A stretch of DNA of 64,000 nt from Verrucomicrobiales bacterium (GTDB lineage Bacteria > Verrucomicrobiota > Verrucomicrobiia > Verrucomicrobiales > V1-33): assembly GCA_031411295.1 (NCBI GenBank), contig JANOAV010000122.1, forward strand, positions 14,255-78,254, written 5' to 3'. Positions 51,401-57,819 of this stretch are shown here, in pieces. The notes below the pieces were generated by a model. The model searched no databases. It worked only from the letters and a program-made list of their open reading frames with translations, and was not told where the DNA came from. The position numbers were made by a program, and so were the translations under genes. The stretch's first letter is position 1. Every line of letters begins with the position of its first letter.

Positions 51401-54058
51401 ACTGTCCTCAGTATAGTAAACGATGGCGTTGGCACTGTCGTAAGCTACGGTGGCAATGGGGAACAAGGCGGTGGTTGTCACGCTGGCGACGCCCCCCGTA
51501 TTCGGATCAAAGCGGAAGATTGTGTTGGTGCCGTTACTGGCATAGCAATCCGTGGTGATGGCCATGGTGAAGTTAGCGGAAGCTACCGCACTGGTGTCAA
51601 ACCAATTCATGTATCCAGAGGGAGCGTAACACCGCGCCTTCACATTCTGGGTGGCCACAATGATGATCGGAGTCCCGTCCCAGAGCGTAGCCCCAGGATT
51701 TGGTTCGCCAGCGGCATTGCCAGGGTCCACCCCGTCCTTCCGGTAATAAATCCGGGCCCCAGCGGGAACTTTACCGGATGCCACATCTAATTCCAGGGTG
51801 ACCCCGCCGGCGGGATCTCCTCCGCTGGCAGGGGTAAAGATGGGCGGCGGCAAGGCGATTTTGCTGATGTTGACGGTTTTGGTAGTCACTGTCGAATCCA
51901 CCAAGTAGGGGGCCGAGGCGGCGGCATCGGCCACATATTTGACGATTACTGAACTGTTGGAACCAAAGTTTACCAGCGTCACTGGAACATTGTCTCCGGC
52001 GTAGCCATTGGTGAAGGAGGCCCCTTGAGTGCGACTGCCGGATGACAACGGATCTGTGCCATCCAAGGTCCAATAGACGCGGAATGTAGAATTATTCTCG
52101 TAAACATTCGGAATCGACGCGCCATTGACCAACGTGATTTGTCCCGGAGTTGTCAGCGACACGGCTGGACTGCCCGGGGCCATGGCCCCCCCCAGTTGGG
52201 AGTAGGAATACGCGCCAGGGAAATTGTCCGTTAGTTGCAGGGTGACCGCCGTGGGTTGGTAGGTCGCAAGCGCGTGCTCCGAATCACGATACTGCAGTAG
52301 ATCGGTGGAATAAATATAGGCATTAATCGTGGTGCCCGGAGGGGTGATGATGGGTCCATTATAGGTCAGACTTGTGGCCGGTGCCGAAGAGAGAGTATAT
52401 TTGATCTGAGTGTAGGTGGCATCATTGGGGTTGTTGATGGTCACGGAGAGGGGGTAAAGCGAGATGTCTAAGACTGGCGGCGGTGGCGTGAAGGTCGGAG
52501 GATCTGCCTGCGGGGCGCACGAGTAAGTGGCACTCGTTAGAGCACTAGTGGAGAACCAAGATTTCAAGCCCGAAGGAGGGTAAGCGCGACAAGTGACGGT
52601 GACGGGAGTGGTGAGGGTGGGCGTGACCGTGAAGGTGCTCCCGGTCCACAGGGTGGAGCCAGCCACCGGTTCTCCGCTGGCGTTGTTTCCAGGGTCTGTG
52701 CCATCGGTGCGGTAGTAGATCCGCACGCCTGCCGGCAACACCCCGGCGGAGGTATTGAGACTCAGGGTTACAGTGGCATCCACAGCTACGACCCCAGCAT
52801 CCGGTGCGATCAGCGGCGGCTGCAAAGTGGTTTTTTGGACGGTGATAGTTTTGTTATAAACGGCTGAACTTGTCACAGTTAGCGGCTTGGCAGATCCAGC
52901 GTAAAGGTTGAGGCTAAGAGCGGGAGCGCTGCCGAAGTCTGCCAGTGTTAGAGGGAGGAACATCCCCGGATAGCCATTGGTAAATGGCACCCCGGCGTGC
53001 CGGGTGCCGGAAGTGGTTGGATCACTGCCATCCAGAGTCCAATAAACGTTGAACACCGAAGAATTCTGATACGCTAGTGGAATGGTGCCGGCACTTGCCA
53101 GCGTGACTGTTCCGGGAGGAGTCAGCTCTTCCGCTCCCCTGACCAATGGTCCACCCAAGCTAGCATACGTAACCGTTGACGGGAACGTATTGCCAAGAAC
53201 CAAAGGTTCTGGATTTGGAATATAGGATACGGAGGCCGTCGGGCTGTCGGTAAAAGTTTCCGGCTCCAAACTGATGCGCTTGGCCACCAGCACATCGCCG
53301 GGATCCACCGTAATCGGGCCAGTATAGGGATAGAAGGAGGAGTCATTATTCTTCTTATAGACGGTAGTCCACTGGTCGGTGCTGGGGGGACCTACCATCA
53401 CCAGCAAGGGGTAGGAAAGCAGCACTAACTGGGGTGGCGGCGGCATGAAGACGGGTGGCGTGAGTTGGGTCGTTTCTGGGGTGGTCGGGGTGGGGGAATT
53501 CACCACCACGGAGGGCCGATTCGTGGGGGCTGGCTTGGGGCTCCGCGTCGTATTGGTGTAGGCCCAGACCCAGCCAGCATCCTCGTTGAGTGCCATCATC
53601 GGCTTGCGAATCTCCGTGGCTTGGTTGGTGGGAATGGCGGATTCGGAGAGGGTAAACTCTTTAATGGCATCGGTCGCATCGTCTGTGATCACAAAATTGT
53701 GCTGGGGGCCATTCCAGACTGCGAACGGCGGAGTATCACCTTCCTGTGCACTAATAAAACTTAAGCGTTGGTCGATCATGCTACCTCGCAGCGCTGCCAA
53801 TTTGCCGCCATTGGAGGCCACGGTCTTTAATTTAGCGATCATCCCTGCCGCATCGGTTACCCCATCAAAACTTCCTCCGCTGATGGAGTAGAGACGGATC
53901 GAGTTATTGATCGTGACCACATCCTGTTCCAGTTTGGCACGCTTCGTATCCTCCCGGACGTTTTTCATAACAACGTAGGCACCAACGGAAAGAATGGCGA
54001 TGATGGCCACCACCATCGTCACCTCGATTAGGGTATAACCAGGGGAACGCGACTTCAT
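39428..54058 (-). CDS. giant (4876 aa) surface protein with a prepilin-type N-terminal cleavage/methylation signal, two chitobiase/hexosaminidase-C-like tandem units, about 16 beta-propeller-like modules and C-terminal delta-60-like repeats
   Basis: Uninterrupted 14,631-nt ORF. N-terminus MKSRSPG/YTLIEVTMVVAIIAIL. Recurring IYRLDPxTG...NLGAIAYD...YY.E...W..G.Y...T..H...G...NL.....LYYI..GTDDL..I blocks. C-terminus GGTFSTFGGQTRTSIVRLNPDGSVDTTF. Confidence 0.9.
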   Translation of the reverse strand: MKSRSPGYTLIEVTMVVAIIAILSVGAYVVMKNVREDTKRAKLEQDVVTINNSIRLYSISGGSFDGVTDAAGMIAKLKTVASNGGKLAALRGSMIDQRLSFISAQEGDTPPFAVWNGPQHNFVITDDATDAIKEFTLSESAIPTNQATEIRKPMMALNEDAGWVWAYTNTTRSPKPAPTNRPSVVVNSPTPTTPETTQLTPPVFMPPPPQLVLLSYPLLVMVGPPSTDQWTTVYKKNNDSSFYPYTGPITVDPGDVLVAKRISLEPETFTDSPTASVSYIPNPEPLVLGNTFPSTVTYASLGGPLVRGAEELTPPGTVTLASAGTIPLAYQNSSVFNVYWTLDGSDPTTSGTRHAGVPFTNGYPGMFLPLTLADFGSAPALSLNLYAGSAKPLTVTSSAVYNKTITVQKTTLQPPLIAPDAGVVAVDATVTLSLNTSAGVLPAGVRIYYRTDGTDPGNNASGEPVAGSTLWTGSTFTVTPTLTTPVTVTCRAYPPSGLKSWFSTSALTSATYSCAPQADPPTFTPPPPVLDISLYPLSVTINNPNDATYTQIKYTLSSAPATSLTYNGPIITPPGTTINAYIYSTDLLQYRDSEHALATYQPTAVTLQLTDNFPGAYSYSQLGGAMAPGSPAVSLTTPGQITLVNGASIPNVYENNSTFRVYWTLDGTDPLSSGSRTQGASFTNGYAGDNVPVTLVNFGSNSSVIVKYVADAAASAPYLVDSTVTTKTVNISKIALPPPIFTPASGGDPAGGVTLELDVASGKVPAGARIYYRKDGVDPGNAAGEPNPGATLWDGTPIIIVATQNVKARCYAPSGYMNWFDTSAVASANFTMAITTDCYASNGTNTIFRFDPNTGGVASVTTTALFPIATVAYDSANAIVYYTEDSSTNFRLGKYSLATDSHTLLGSLATPSSGTWNYTPSGRLTGMTYFAGNLYYVANGTDDLVRIDLSGGVVSNQEKIADITNGTANFGIMGDLSTSADGRLWIAGESVLATFNLATLSGYTVVRALASTPATPFYAAITRLPNDTLYVNRSGDATIYKLNAAGAEATSVPSFPSTVFNDTSGVVAPIVLPSPSANFFAVTGGNKNIYRLDPVTGLHQMINNSAPFNLGAIAYDAAAGAVYYLEDGGSSTWRVGKYLVATNTHTASLGDLKLIGANRPSSYPGNLVFYNNSLYYIHASSQNLVQVGLNAGATAVSTQVNRALGTTMNTIGDLALDNSGVLYWVNTNGSTHTLWQFELVNDSFLTNLGTASRAYPALGVLNDVLYGAGGNGAANDSIDTEIAPGTPVQVSTSQPNLTFTDFAAGSTVPPPSPAGLYYAVSNGSQRIYKLDPDTGRYTREPISCPFVPGAVAYDKVNNLVYYVEKATSNWRVGRYNPTTGVHTTLTNHLGNVAAGWTPATSQPNHLIFFGGQLLFIDNNTDNLRRVEIDGNAIAMVGPFAKLNGGVSQGAVNAATVAPDGTLYFASSTMFAKYNLLTKSNYAVISNSPPSNWQALVYAANSLLYGVDTAQNTKSKVVDPLTGAGAITATYTSNRVFHDIAGTAPPALPDPTAPGDLIAVADTKLSLFRANPDTGEVTSLTDIAKFQPYAVAYDASTQIIYYTGGAAAGEFKLARYVVSSGQHFLMGDLRAAATYAYTPGTRAQNLVYFQDGLYYIADGTDDLVKITVSGNTISSQVKIKDLSNNVSTWQIGGLTVNNLGLAYFGETTSDFYGKFMMPDGSAFSTVSTAAPRTYQGLAIRSSDQAMYATRPASVVGDLGKKFSSVNKTTGALTFVSNSTEANPIVDLSDAITLIGVVPNLYAVGGNNTSIYKFDGGNGNNIDWVSNAPFPLESVAVNTDETRIYYIEQASSNWRLGEYVPATNTHAIRATLNDSVYAYQASSQPRNLMFLNGRLYYIAEGTDDLIAIEFADSGTPTVKTQSKVADLNNNVALTNVGDIATDTSGTMFISASNAFATWNYQTQSSFSIKTAAPATYWTGLVTTAAGKLLGVSNAEPGKLYEVSKTTGAGTFVASFTPSVSFFDFAAPQPNVAIDTTGLTYFISAAGTSIYRLDLATGKEALVTSQVPLTPSAIAMDHVNGLLYTAGDDLASTGDIQLSVFNLSTGSNTLLGSLKAGGLAYTPTAAAHNLAYQNGFLYYVAKNTDDLVKVTVGASSITAASKVWDIGVAAQDWDTLAIAPDSSAYLSTRDTDYLARINLQLLTGPQILKTSKGSDEGADYAALTFGASGQMIGALQHINTKGYRVNPFNGATTYLWDGSYNGGVGLAISDFTSPYSDAPITSGSQFATDGGPNIFRVSPTTGTVTALTTAAAFNLNALAYDAASQVIYYTENATPNWRLAKYDLATNTHTILGNLDEPSVAGTWNYNPTARPSNLSFFDGNLYYIHSNTDDLVRIDLLGNAIANQNQVADLTNGASNLGYIGDITTTSTGLLWIASENELATFNLTTLSGYTAKRTTTTASPGLEAYYPGLQRDLWNTIYADRQGVDTKIYQLDAAGTETTNVATNPPKGFVDYAGEENAPALPTATSLFYAINGGTNIYQLNPVTGVHKIINRAAPYNLGALAYDAVSNSLFYLEESASATWRVGRYNLTADIHTATLGDLKQVGSTRPSNFPGNLVYYNQALYYIHPGTSNLVKVQLNSALDTVIEQTAISLGTNFVSIGDLALNDSGLLYFVNTSASIPTLYRYNLQTGSGLTAMGVAPRNYPGLGFLGGTLYGTGANGAIIESLNPTTAASTLVATAQPNISFIDFASGQSAAAPMTTTFFATTNGSPNIYRLDPTTGVNVLLNGSAPYNLGALAYDATRNYLYYLQDTLLSNGAWNLGRFDVTTGLHSSVGDIKSVTNGFSPSMVPKNLAYYNGALYFVVPGRDDLLKVQLDASGVSITGISQVASLTGGAVTFADPGDISATDAGMLLFTNTPAVGTPSLYRYDIVGSTGFGVVGTLPRAEPALGLYQSNLYAAGSLQVDQLSQGNASLISSVNSSPALAFTDFAGPSANTPPAASDDLWAIAGYSAAPDPHLLRFRNYKNNGGNVASTDFGALAYRDGAATTLFTNAASVLGAMTVDASNRLYFVNSAATVIAGVTYERPLFTLNLNSLPSSGPVVASLVGDLGPGLRTAIGVTPLTSNEVVSGLAPGADGSLRLVVRIGNGATADALCRIISLTPSSAGNLAVGLVGTLQNGATNAGNARGLAIDSTGQAYVSDTDDLGVYKVNATTGSLTVAMHSTEASAGPLAVHLSDTDLVTALNNSTITKVVTGNANDTAYFNYFNLWGLSTPSALSFVGLAVTPPPAVTGYFAADGTSTIYRIDPATGSNMAITSAPFNVQSLGFDSATNKLYYVEAAASNWRVGRYDLTGNVHTIYNFNLTAPGGTNHTPITAQPENLFIANGGLYTIAPNTDDLIKIDLTPIGIDSLHKVADLNNDASQGAVTAATIDSNGMLYFASTAKLARYDLTIMGGYTLISNNPNIPWSSLVFNSSGSLYGVRGDDPYKTFSLDITTGAPTFVAPVLPKIAFTDISSTSGPYLPGSGYAFTSITNTPAILRTDLSTARAYFLTWQAKGDVEAVAFDQTNALVYYTVTTDNPQRLYAYDLRTDTHSAVRDALFQTDLKLIGTHRPTGTRAHNLTHFNGALYYIATGTDDLFKITFTSPYVIADQVRVADVAGNATVGSTVGAFTIDDLGQAYISYEDANVLARFDMRTFGGYTIIDSSAMNPRYYALTYDSSKLNGIPFDPVVSQKLYTLNVTTGARTLVGNVNPANQILDLATSTPNQPALPAPSANFFAITGGNKNLYRLEPTTGISALLNSSAPYNLGAIAYDGVSGNIFYLEDGANATWNVGKYTVGTSTHSATLGNIKTIATTATAYPGNLVYYNSALYYIQPGTSNIVKSQLDAGATIITGQSTISLGTTFNTVGDLALDDSGVLYWVSTNAGVNTFYKYNLRDATGFATIGTTTSAYPSLGFLTGKLYGTGGNAFVIDSLNLSSGVASVTANAQPQLTFTDFASASNASVPAPPAWAIGENTNAQLLKINGYDGAPTLTNYGDIRYPGSGGAATALAADSDIESFAVTTDNYAYFVRNKDTNVNGVLYGRPLFRVDLNTVTAGSVTATFVGDLDQALSSMNGAAITTSTNVEAVSGLAVGADGSLYAVYQRGTDTAVDKLFKITGLSVDGANNLTAWSAVGDITNGTNVGTNVDALEFHPNGTLYAFDSKDGEMLVINPTTAVVTSLHSTEASVTGKDLAISPTNNDFVSVNGTSKTLQRVVASGADTTLWSYNSAPPWGTPIFTDLPGFKFPARNFNPVPTPPAGLVYAVTGGNKDIYTLNLTTGATVKVVDNAAAFNVSSLAYDPVQNTVFYLQDTATGYSLGSWQIATNVHTAVYNLTTGNNYNSTVKPTNLSWWGGYLYFIEPGTDDLIRITTSPTIGTEQTKVRDLTANTVAFASVGDLAVDDSGMMYFSAIAGGNSIMAKFNLTTMSTYTQIASTAGTADYCESIVFGPDAGSGRPLYVARDAARTIIRTLNPTTGAISGTSTATTPGLALLDTSDLHLNAASYAGAYYAVAGGTDRNIYQVNPETGTSSTLTTAAAAFAGLSAIAWDQANGYLYYVEETASNFKLGRYSLDSGSHLALGSLQGSFTYSPTSKPGNLAFMRGGLYYIATGTDDLVRIDVSSTAIVNQVQIADLNGNVSLVNVGDLTCGNAYVAYFTAGSKLYSFNVQTLAPATVVSTFTQGTPDALSINAAGTQFYGVFNPAVGPTLTTQIHKISLTGSVSTNVSTGALAFRDLAGPDLSRPDDVSNLFYIGGDFGASATAHRGIARLSTTTGAVDPSYQTGTGNNSGTEVKAILPVGNGQVLGGGTFSTFGGQTRTSIVRLNPDGSVDTTFAPIFK
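41165..42035 (-). repeat. divergent 'type W' module, copy 2, inside the giant ORF
   Basis: PAWAIGENTNAQLLKI ... YGRPLFRVDLNT ... VSGLAVGADGSL ... LHSTEASVTGKDLAI. Boundaries are approximate. Confidence 0.55.
44215..45065 (-). repeat. divergent 'type W' module, copy 1, inside the giant ORF
   Basis: DDLWAIAGYSAAPDPHLLRF ... YERPLFTLNLNS ... VSGLAPGADGSL ... MHSTEASAGPLAV. Paralogous to 41165-42035. Boundaries are approximate. Confidence 0.55.
51560..53458 (-). repeat. tandem duplication of a 315-320 aa unit inside the giant ORF (coding repeat)
   Basis: Unit 1 starts PPVFMPPPPQLVLLSYPLLV ... VYWTLDGSDPTTSG ... VRIYYRTDGTDPG. Unit 2 starts PPTFTPPPPVLDISLYPLSV ... VYWTLDGTDPLSSG ... ARIYYRKDGVDPG. 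Boundaries are approximate. Confidence 0.7.
53966..54058 (-). other. prepilin-type N-terminal cleavage/methylation domain of the giant ORF
   Basis: Gly7 precedes the cleavage site, Glu is at +5 (YTLIE), and a hydrophobic helix of about 20 aa follows. Confidence 0.8.
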
Positions 54059-54285
54059 AATCTAAAAATTTACTGCAATTATGAAAATTATAACGAACTT
54101 TGTGATTCTGAAAAGGGATTTCTTCAAAAATTTGGAACGGAAGAATATCAATCCTTCTGGTCAGTCTGGAAGGGGGGCGCTCTTTATCAAAAGTGCGACA
54201 GCTCGGACGCAACGAAGTCAGGTGCTCGGCAAACGAGCGATGAAGAGCGGTGCGAAAGCCAAGCTCTTATGCCAGGAGGAACGTC

Positions 54286-55662
54286 CTACCGATGAAATGC
54301 CATTTCCTCCAAACGGGCGACGCGCGCATTCAGCCGATGAGCCACAATCATCACCCCTAATCCCGCAGCCACGACAAATCCGAAACCATACCAAGCCTCG
54401 TTGAGTTTGATGGTGAGGAAACCCAGTCCAGCATTGGTCAGCGCGAAAACCGCACTGGCAAGCAGGGCGCCCCTTTGATCGTCAAAGTAGAATAAAGCCG
54501 TCAGCATGCTGAGGAAGCAAACCAGCAGAAACGCCCCGAAAAGGGTCACTTGGAAGATCCCTGCCTGGGTGGCTCCGATGCCAAACGACTCCGCAATCGG
54601 CCGCGCGAAGGCCACCAGCAGGGCGGTGGTCAGCAACTGAACTTTAAATAATTGGGCCAGGCCAGACCGCAGCGTCGTGATGACATTTTGCTTCGCTTGA
54701 CGGATGTCTGAGAGTGATCCGCCATCCTGAATCGAATCGAAAAACGCCTGATACCGATCCGCAAATTCCGTTTCCAGCTTCAGGAAAAATACCGCCATGC
54801 CCGGCACAATACTCAGCAGGCTGAGGTAGATGGCCGTGTCATAGATGGGTGCTGCGTAGAGGCTGCCGGAAATATTTTGCCGGCTCTCTGCGAACCACCA
54901 GAACATCAATTTGTCCGCCCAGATTCCCAGATTATAGAAAAACCCGCAGGCCATCAGCATGGGGAAACGGAAAAAATAACCCAGGAAATCCCACGCATTG
55001 GCCGTGCTCGAATGTCCGCCCGCGCCGAATTCCCGATGCAGGCAGAGCATTAGCAGGACGAACAAAACTCCGTGCCCGGCGGCAAAGCCCAGGATGATGG
55101 CGTCCTCCCCATAAACTTTAGCGGATAGATAGGCCAGAACACAACTCGCGGCATAGCCGAAAAAGAAACTCCAGACCACACTCTTATAATCCCGCAGGGC
55201 GGTCAGGTAATTGGAAATGATGAAAATGCAGCTGACCATCACCAGCAAAGCGACCGCTGACATACGATACAGCACCGTGCCATCGACCATCGTGCCAAAG
55301 AAAATGCCTCCCACAGCCAATGCGAGCACGGCAGTCAAGGTCAGCGCGCCATAGCAAGCGGGGAAAATACTGTCCCGCTTCTTGGCAAAGAATTTATCCG
55401 CCGCATGGCGTGTCAGCACCAACTGTTGCGGACCCACCAGGATCAGGGAAAAGGCGTAGCAATGGGTAACTGAGGCGGAGAAAAGTTGGATGGATTCTTT
55501 CGACAGGAAGAGATGTAACACCCGCGTGAGGAACACCAACGACAGGATGGAAATGATCCACGGTCCACTGCTGATGACGCCGGAAAATGCATAGGACCGG
55601 AAAATACTCTCCAGCGAGCCACTGCGGCTGATTTTACGAAGTTCGAAGCCAATGCCTGCCAT
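54286..55662 (-). CDS. pelG: Pel exopolysaccharide biosynthesis membrane protein PelG
   Basis: MAGIGFELRKISRSGSLESIFRSYAFSGVISSGPWIISI closely matches the PelG N-terminus as I remember it. Polytopic, about 12 TM segments. Confidence 0.85.
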   Translation of the reverse strand: MAGIGFELRKISRSGSLESIFRSYAFSGVISSGPWIISILSLVFLTRVLHLFLSKESIQLFSASVTHCYAFSLILVGPQQLVLTRHAADKFFAKKRDSIFPACYGALTLTAVLALAVGGIFFGTMVDGTVLYRMSAVALLVMVSCIFIISNYLTALRDYKSVVWSFFFGYAASCVLAYLSAKVYGEDAIILGFAAGHGVLFVLLMLCLHREFGAGGHSSTANAWDFLGYFFRFPMLMACGFFYNLGIWADKLMFWWFAESRQNISGSLYAAPIYDTAIYLSLLSIVPGMAVFFLKLETEFADRYQAFFDSIQDGGSLSDIRQAKQNVITTLRSGLAQLFKVQLLTTALLVAFARPIAESFGIGATQAGIFQVTLFGAFLLVCFLSMLTALFYFDDQRGALLASAVFALTNAGLGFLTIKLNEAWYGFGFVVAAGLGVMIVAHRLNARVARLEEMAFHR

Positions 55663-55668
55663 AAGATT

Positions 55669-57297
55669 TTATCGGGAAATTACGTTGGTGGTGGGCCGGA
55701 CCGCCGGCACATTGCTTGTGGTATCGGATTTCACGCGGTGCAACGGCCCCAAGCCAGTGCGGCTGAAATCTTTGGGGGTGAGTTGATAGAGTTGGCGGTA
55801 GCGCTTAATCACCGTTTGGCTGGCATAATGCGCTTCCACCCGCTGCCGCCCGGCATCGCCCATCTGATCCCCCAACAGCGGATCGGTCAGGATTCGGATC
55901 ATGCCATCAGCTAGCTGCTCAGCATTGCCCACCGGAACTACGAACCCTCCCGGACCGAAGTTGGGTTTCTCCTCCGGGCGGCCCTCGATCAATTCCCGAC
56001 AGGCTCCCACATCCGTGCTGACGATCGGCACGCCCGCCGCATAGCTCTCCAACACCACAAAGGGCAGTCCTTCGCTAATGCTCGTCAGCAGCATCAAATC
56101 CAATTCCCCCAGCAGTTCGTGCACTTTCACTGAGCCGAGGAACTTAACATGATCCTGCAAGCCCAGATGCTGCACCAACGTCTGACATTCCTCGGCATAA
56201 GCGGGCTCCTCATCCATTGGCCCAGCGATAAGGAACTGCGTATCCGGCAACACATTCACCACCAACCGTGCACTCTTAAGGAGGGTTTTCACATCTTTAA
56301 TTGGGACCACACGCCCAATGAATCCCACGTTCTTCCGCCCATAATTCAGTTGCCGGGCGGCCCGACGTTTCCCCCGCAACTGGTAGAAATCGGGCACGTG
56401 AATCCCATTTGGAATAATCTCAATCCGACACGGGTCCGCCCCGAACTCCACCTGCGTGCGGGCGTTATTTTCAAAGAGCGAAGTCACATAATTAGCCGTC
56501 TGATAAGCGAACCGCCCGAGTAGCTTGAAAAACTCGATCCAGATCAGGCGCAACATGGCCGGCTGGCGATACAAATCCGGGCGGATCACTGGCGGATCCG
56601 TAATCCACCGGGCCTTCTGCAATTCAGACACCCGCTCCCGCACATAGATTCCATGTTCGCTCAGCAGGAAGGCTGATTCATAATTGCTGGCCGCAATTCC
56701 TGCGGCAAAGCCTGCGTAGCCGGTGCACAGACTGTGATACATCCGGGCTGGTGGAACCTGCTCGCTGGCGGATACGATTTTCCAAATCGGTTCACACAAG
56801 GCCCGCACGGCCCAGAAAAAGTCCAGAAACGATTCCTCTGGCGCGTGCTTTTCATAGATGTCACACACCAAACCCCAGACGGTGGGATGATTCCACACCG
56901 CATCGAAACTGGCTACCTTGGAAACCTTCATGATCTTCCGCGCAATGGCCAGAAAAGCCGTCGTCTCGGCTGGGCCTGCGCTCGGCTCCATCAGAAACGC
57001 TCGCAGCATTCCCATTAATTCCTCGCAATCATCATCTGGCGCCCGGCCTGATCCCCCGCCGCCGCGTGCTGGCTCGTGCAGGTATATTTCCTCGATGCTG
57101 ATGATGTTCGGTGGCAGCGTGTATTTGAATTTCACGTTGGCGGCCTTTTCTGACCCGATAAAAAACAGAGAGAACTGATACTCCGGCAGCGCGTTAATGA
57201 TCTGGTGAACCCAAGTCGAAACCCCGCCTGACACGTAGGGGTAGGTGCCTTCCAAAAGGAGGCAGACGTCTGGTTTCGGCTGAAAGGCGCTTTTCAT
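55669..57297 (-). CDS. pelF: Pel glycosyltransferase PelF (GT4 with DUF3492-type N-domain)
   Basis: DVCLLLEGTYPYVSGGVSTWVHQII (PelF N-domain signature) and a GT4 C-domain (LTSISEGLPFVVLESYAAGVPIVSTDVG). The start is set at ATG 57297 rather than TTG 57318. Confidence 0.85.
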   Translation of the reverse strand: MKSAFQPKPDVCLLLEGTYPYVSGGVSTWVHQIINALPEYQFSLFFIGSEKAANVKFKYTLPPNIISIEEIYLHEPARGGGGSGRAPDDDCEELMGMLRAFLMEPSAGPAETTAFLAIARKIMKVSKVASFDAVWNHPTVWGLVCDIYEKHAPEESFLDFFWAVRALCEPIWKIVSASEQVPPARMYHSLCTGYAGFAAGIAASNYESAFLLSEHGIYVRERVSELQKARWITDPPVIRPDLYRQPAMLRLIWIEFFKLLGRFAYQTANYVTSLFENNARTQVEFGADPCRIEIIPNGIHVPDFYQLRGKRRAARQLNYGRKNVGFIGRVVPIKDVKTLLKSARLVVNVLPDTQFLIAGPMDEEPAYAEECQTLVQHLGLQDHVKFLGSVKVHELLGELDLMLLTSISEGLPFVVLESYAAGVPIVSTDVGACRELIEGRPEEKPNFGPGGFVVPVGNAEQLADGMIRILTDPLLGDQMGDAGRQRVEAHYASQTVIKRYRQLYQLTPKDFSRTGLGPLHRVKSDTTSNVPAVRPTTNVISR

Positions 57298-57819
57298 GCA
57301 GAGCGGGTGGCTTGACAATTATAACACATATAATAATTACTAATAAATAAATTCTAGAACATCTTAGTCAATCTGACTAGTCCAAAATGGTAAAATTTGC
57401 ACGGATGATGGGTCAGAATGACAGGTTAGGGGCACCCCAGCCAGCTTAAACTGCGCCAGATCCAGTCATTTCAAGATCATTTTGAAGCCCCGCGCATGAT
57501 TTTGGTGTGCCCCGGAAAGGTGCAGCGTTGGGCAGCAACGACTGTGTGGAGCGCGGTCTGGCCGATGCTCCTCCGCCCGCCCCGTAGGGTGCCATCTCAT
57601 CAGCCTTTGGGTGGTCATAACTGACGGAGCCTGGTCCATGCCATCCTTGCTTTGGAAGTGGTTATTAGATCCACCTTTGCTATTTTTGCTTGAGATCCCG
57701 CTTACCTCCGCCCATAGACATGACGAGCCTGACTATGGGCAGGCGGGTGATGCGGCAAGTTCCACGCATACCAGCAATTGAGGATTTAGGGAACGGCTCC
57801 CATTTTTCATCCCTCTATT

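Noticed and set aside
57298-57819. 520-bp intergenic region before the ketoacyl synthase; possible sRNA or riboswitch, and a TTGACA at 57312-57317
   Set aside because: No stable conserved-looking structure was seen. The TTGACA has no properly spaced -10 on the plus strand: TATAAT follows after only 11 nt. Only the AT-rich patch and palindrome are reported, under the pel finding.
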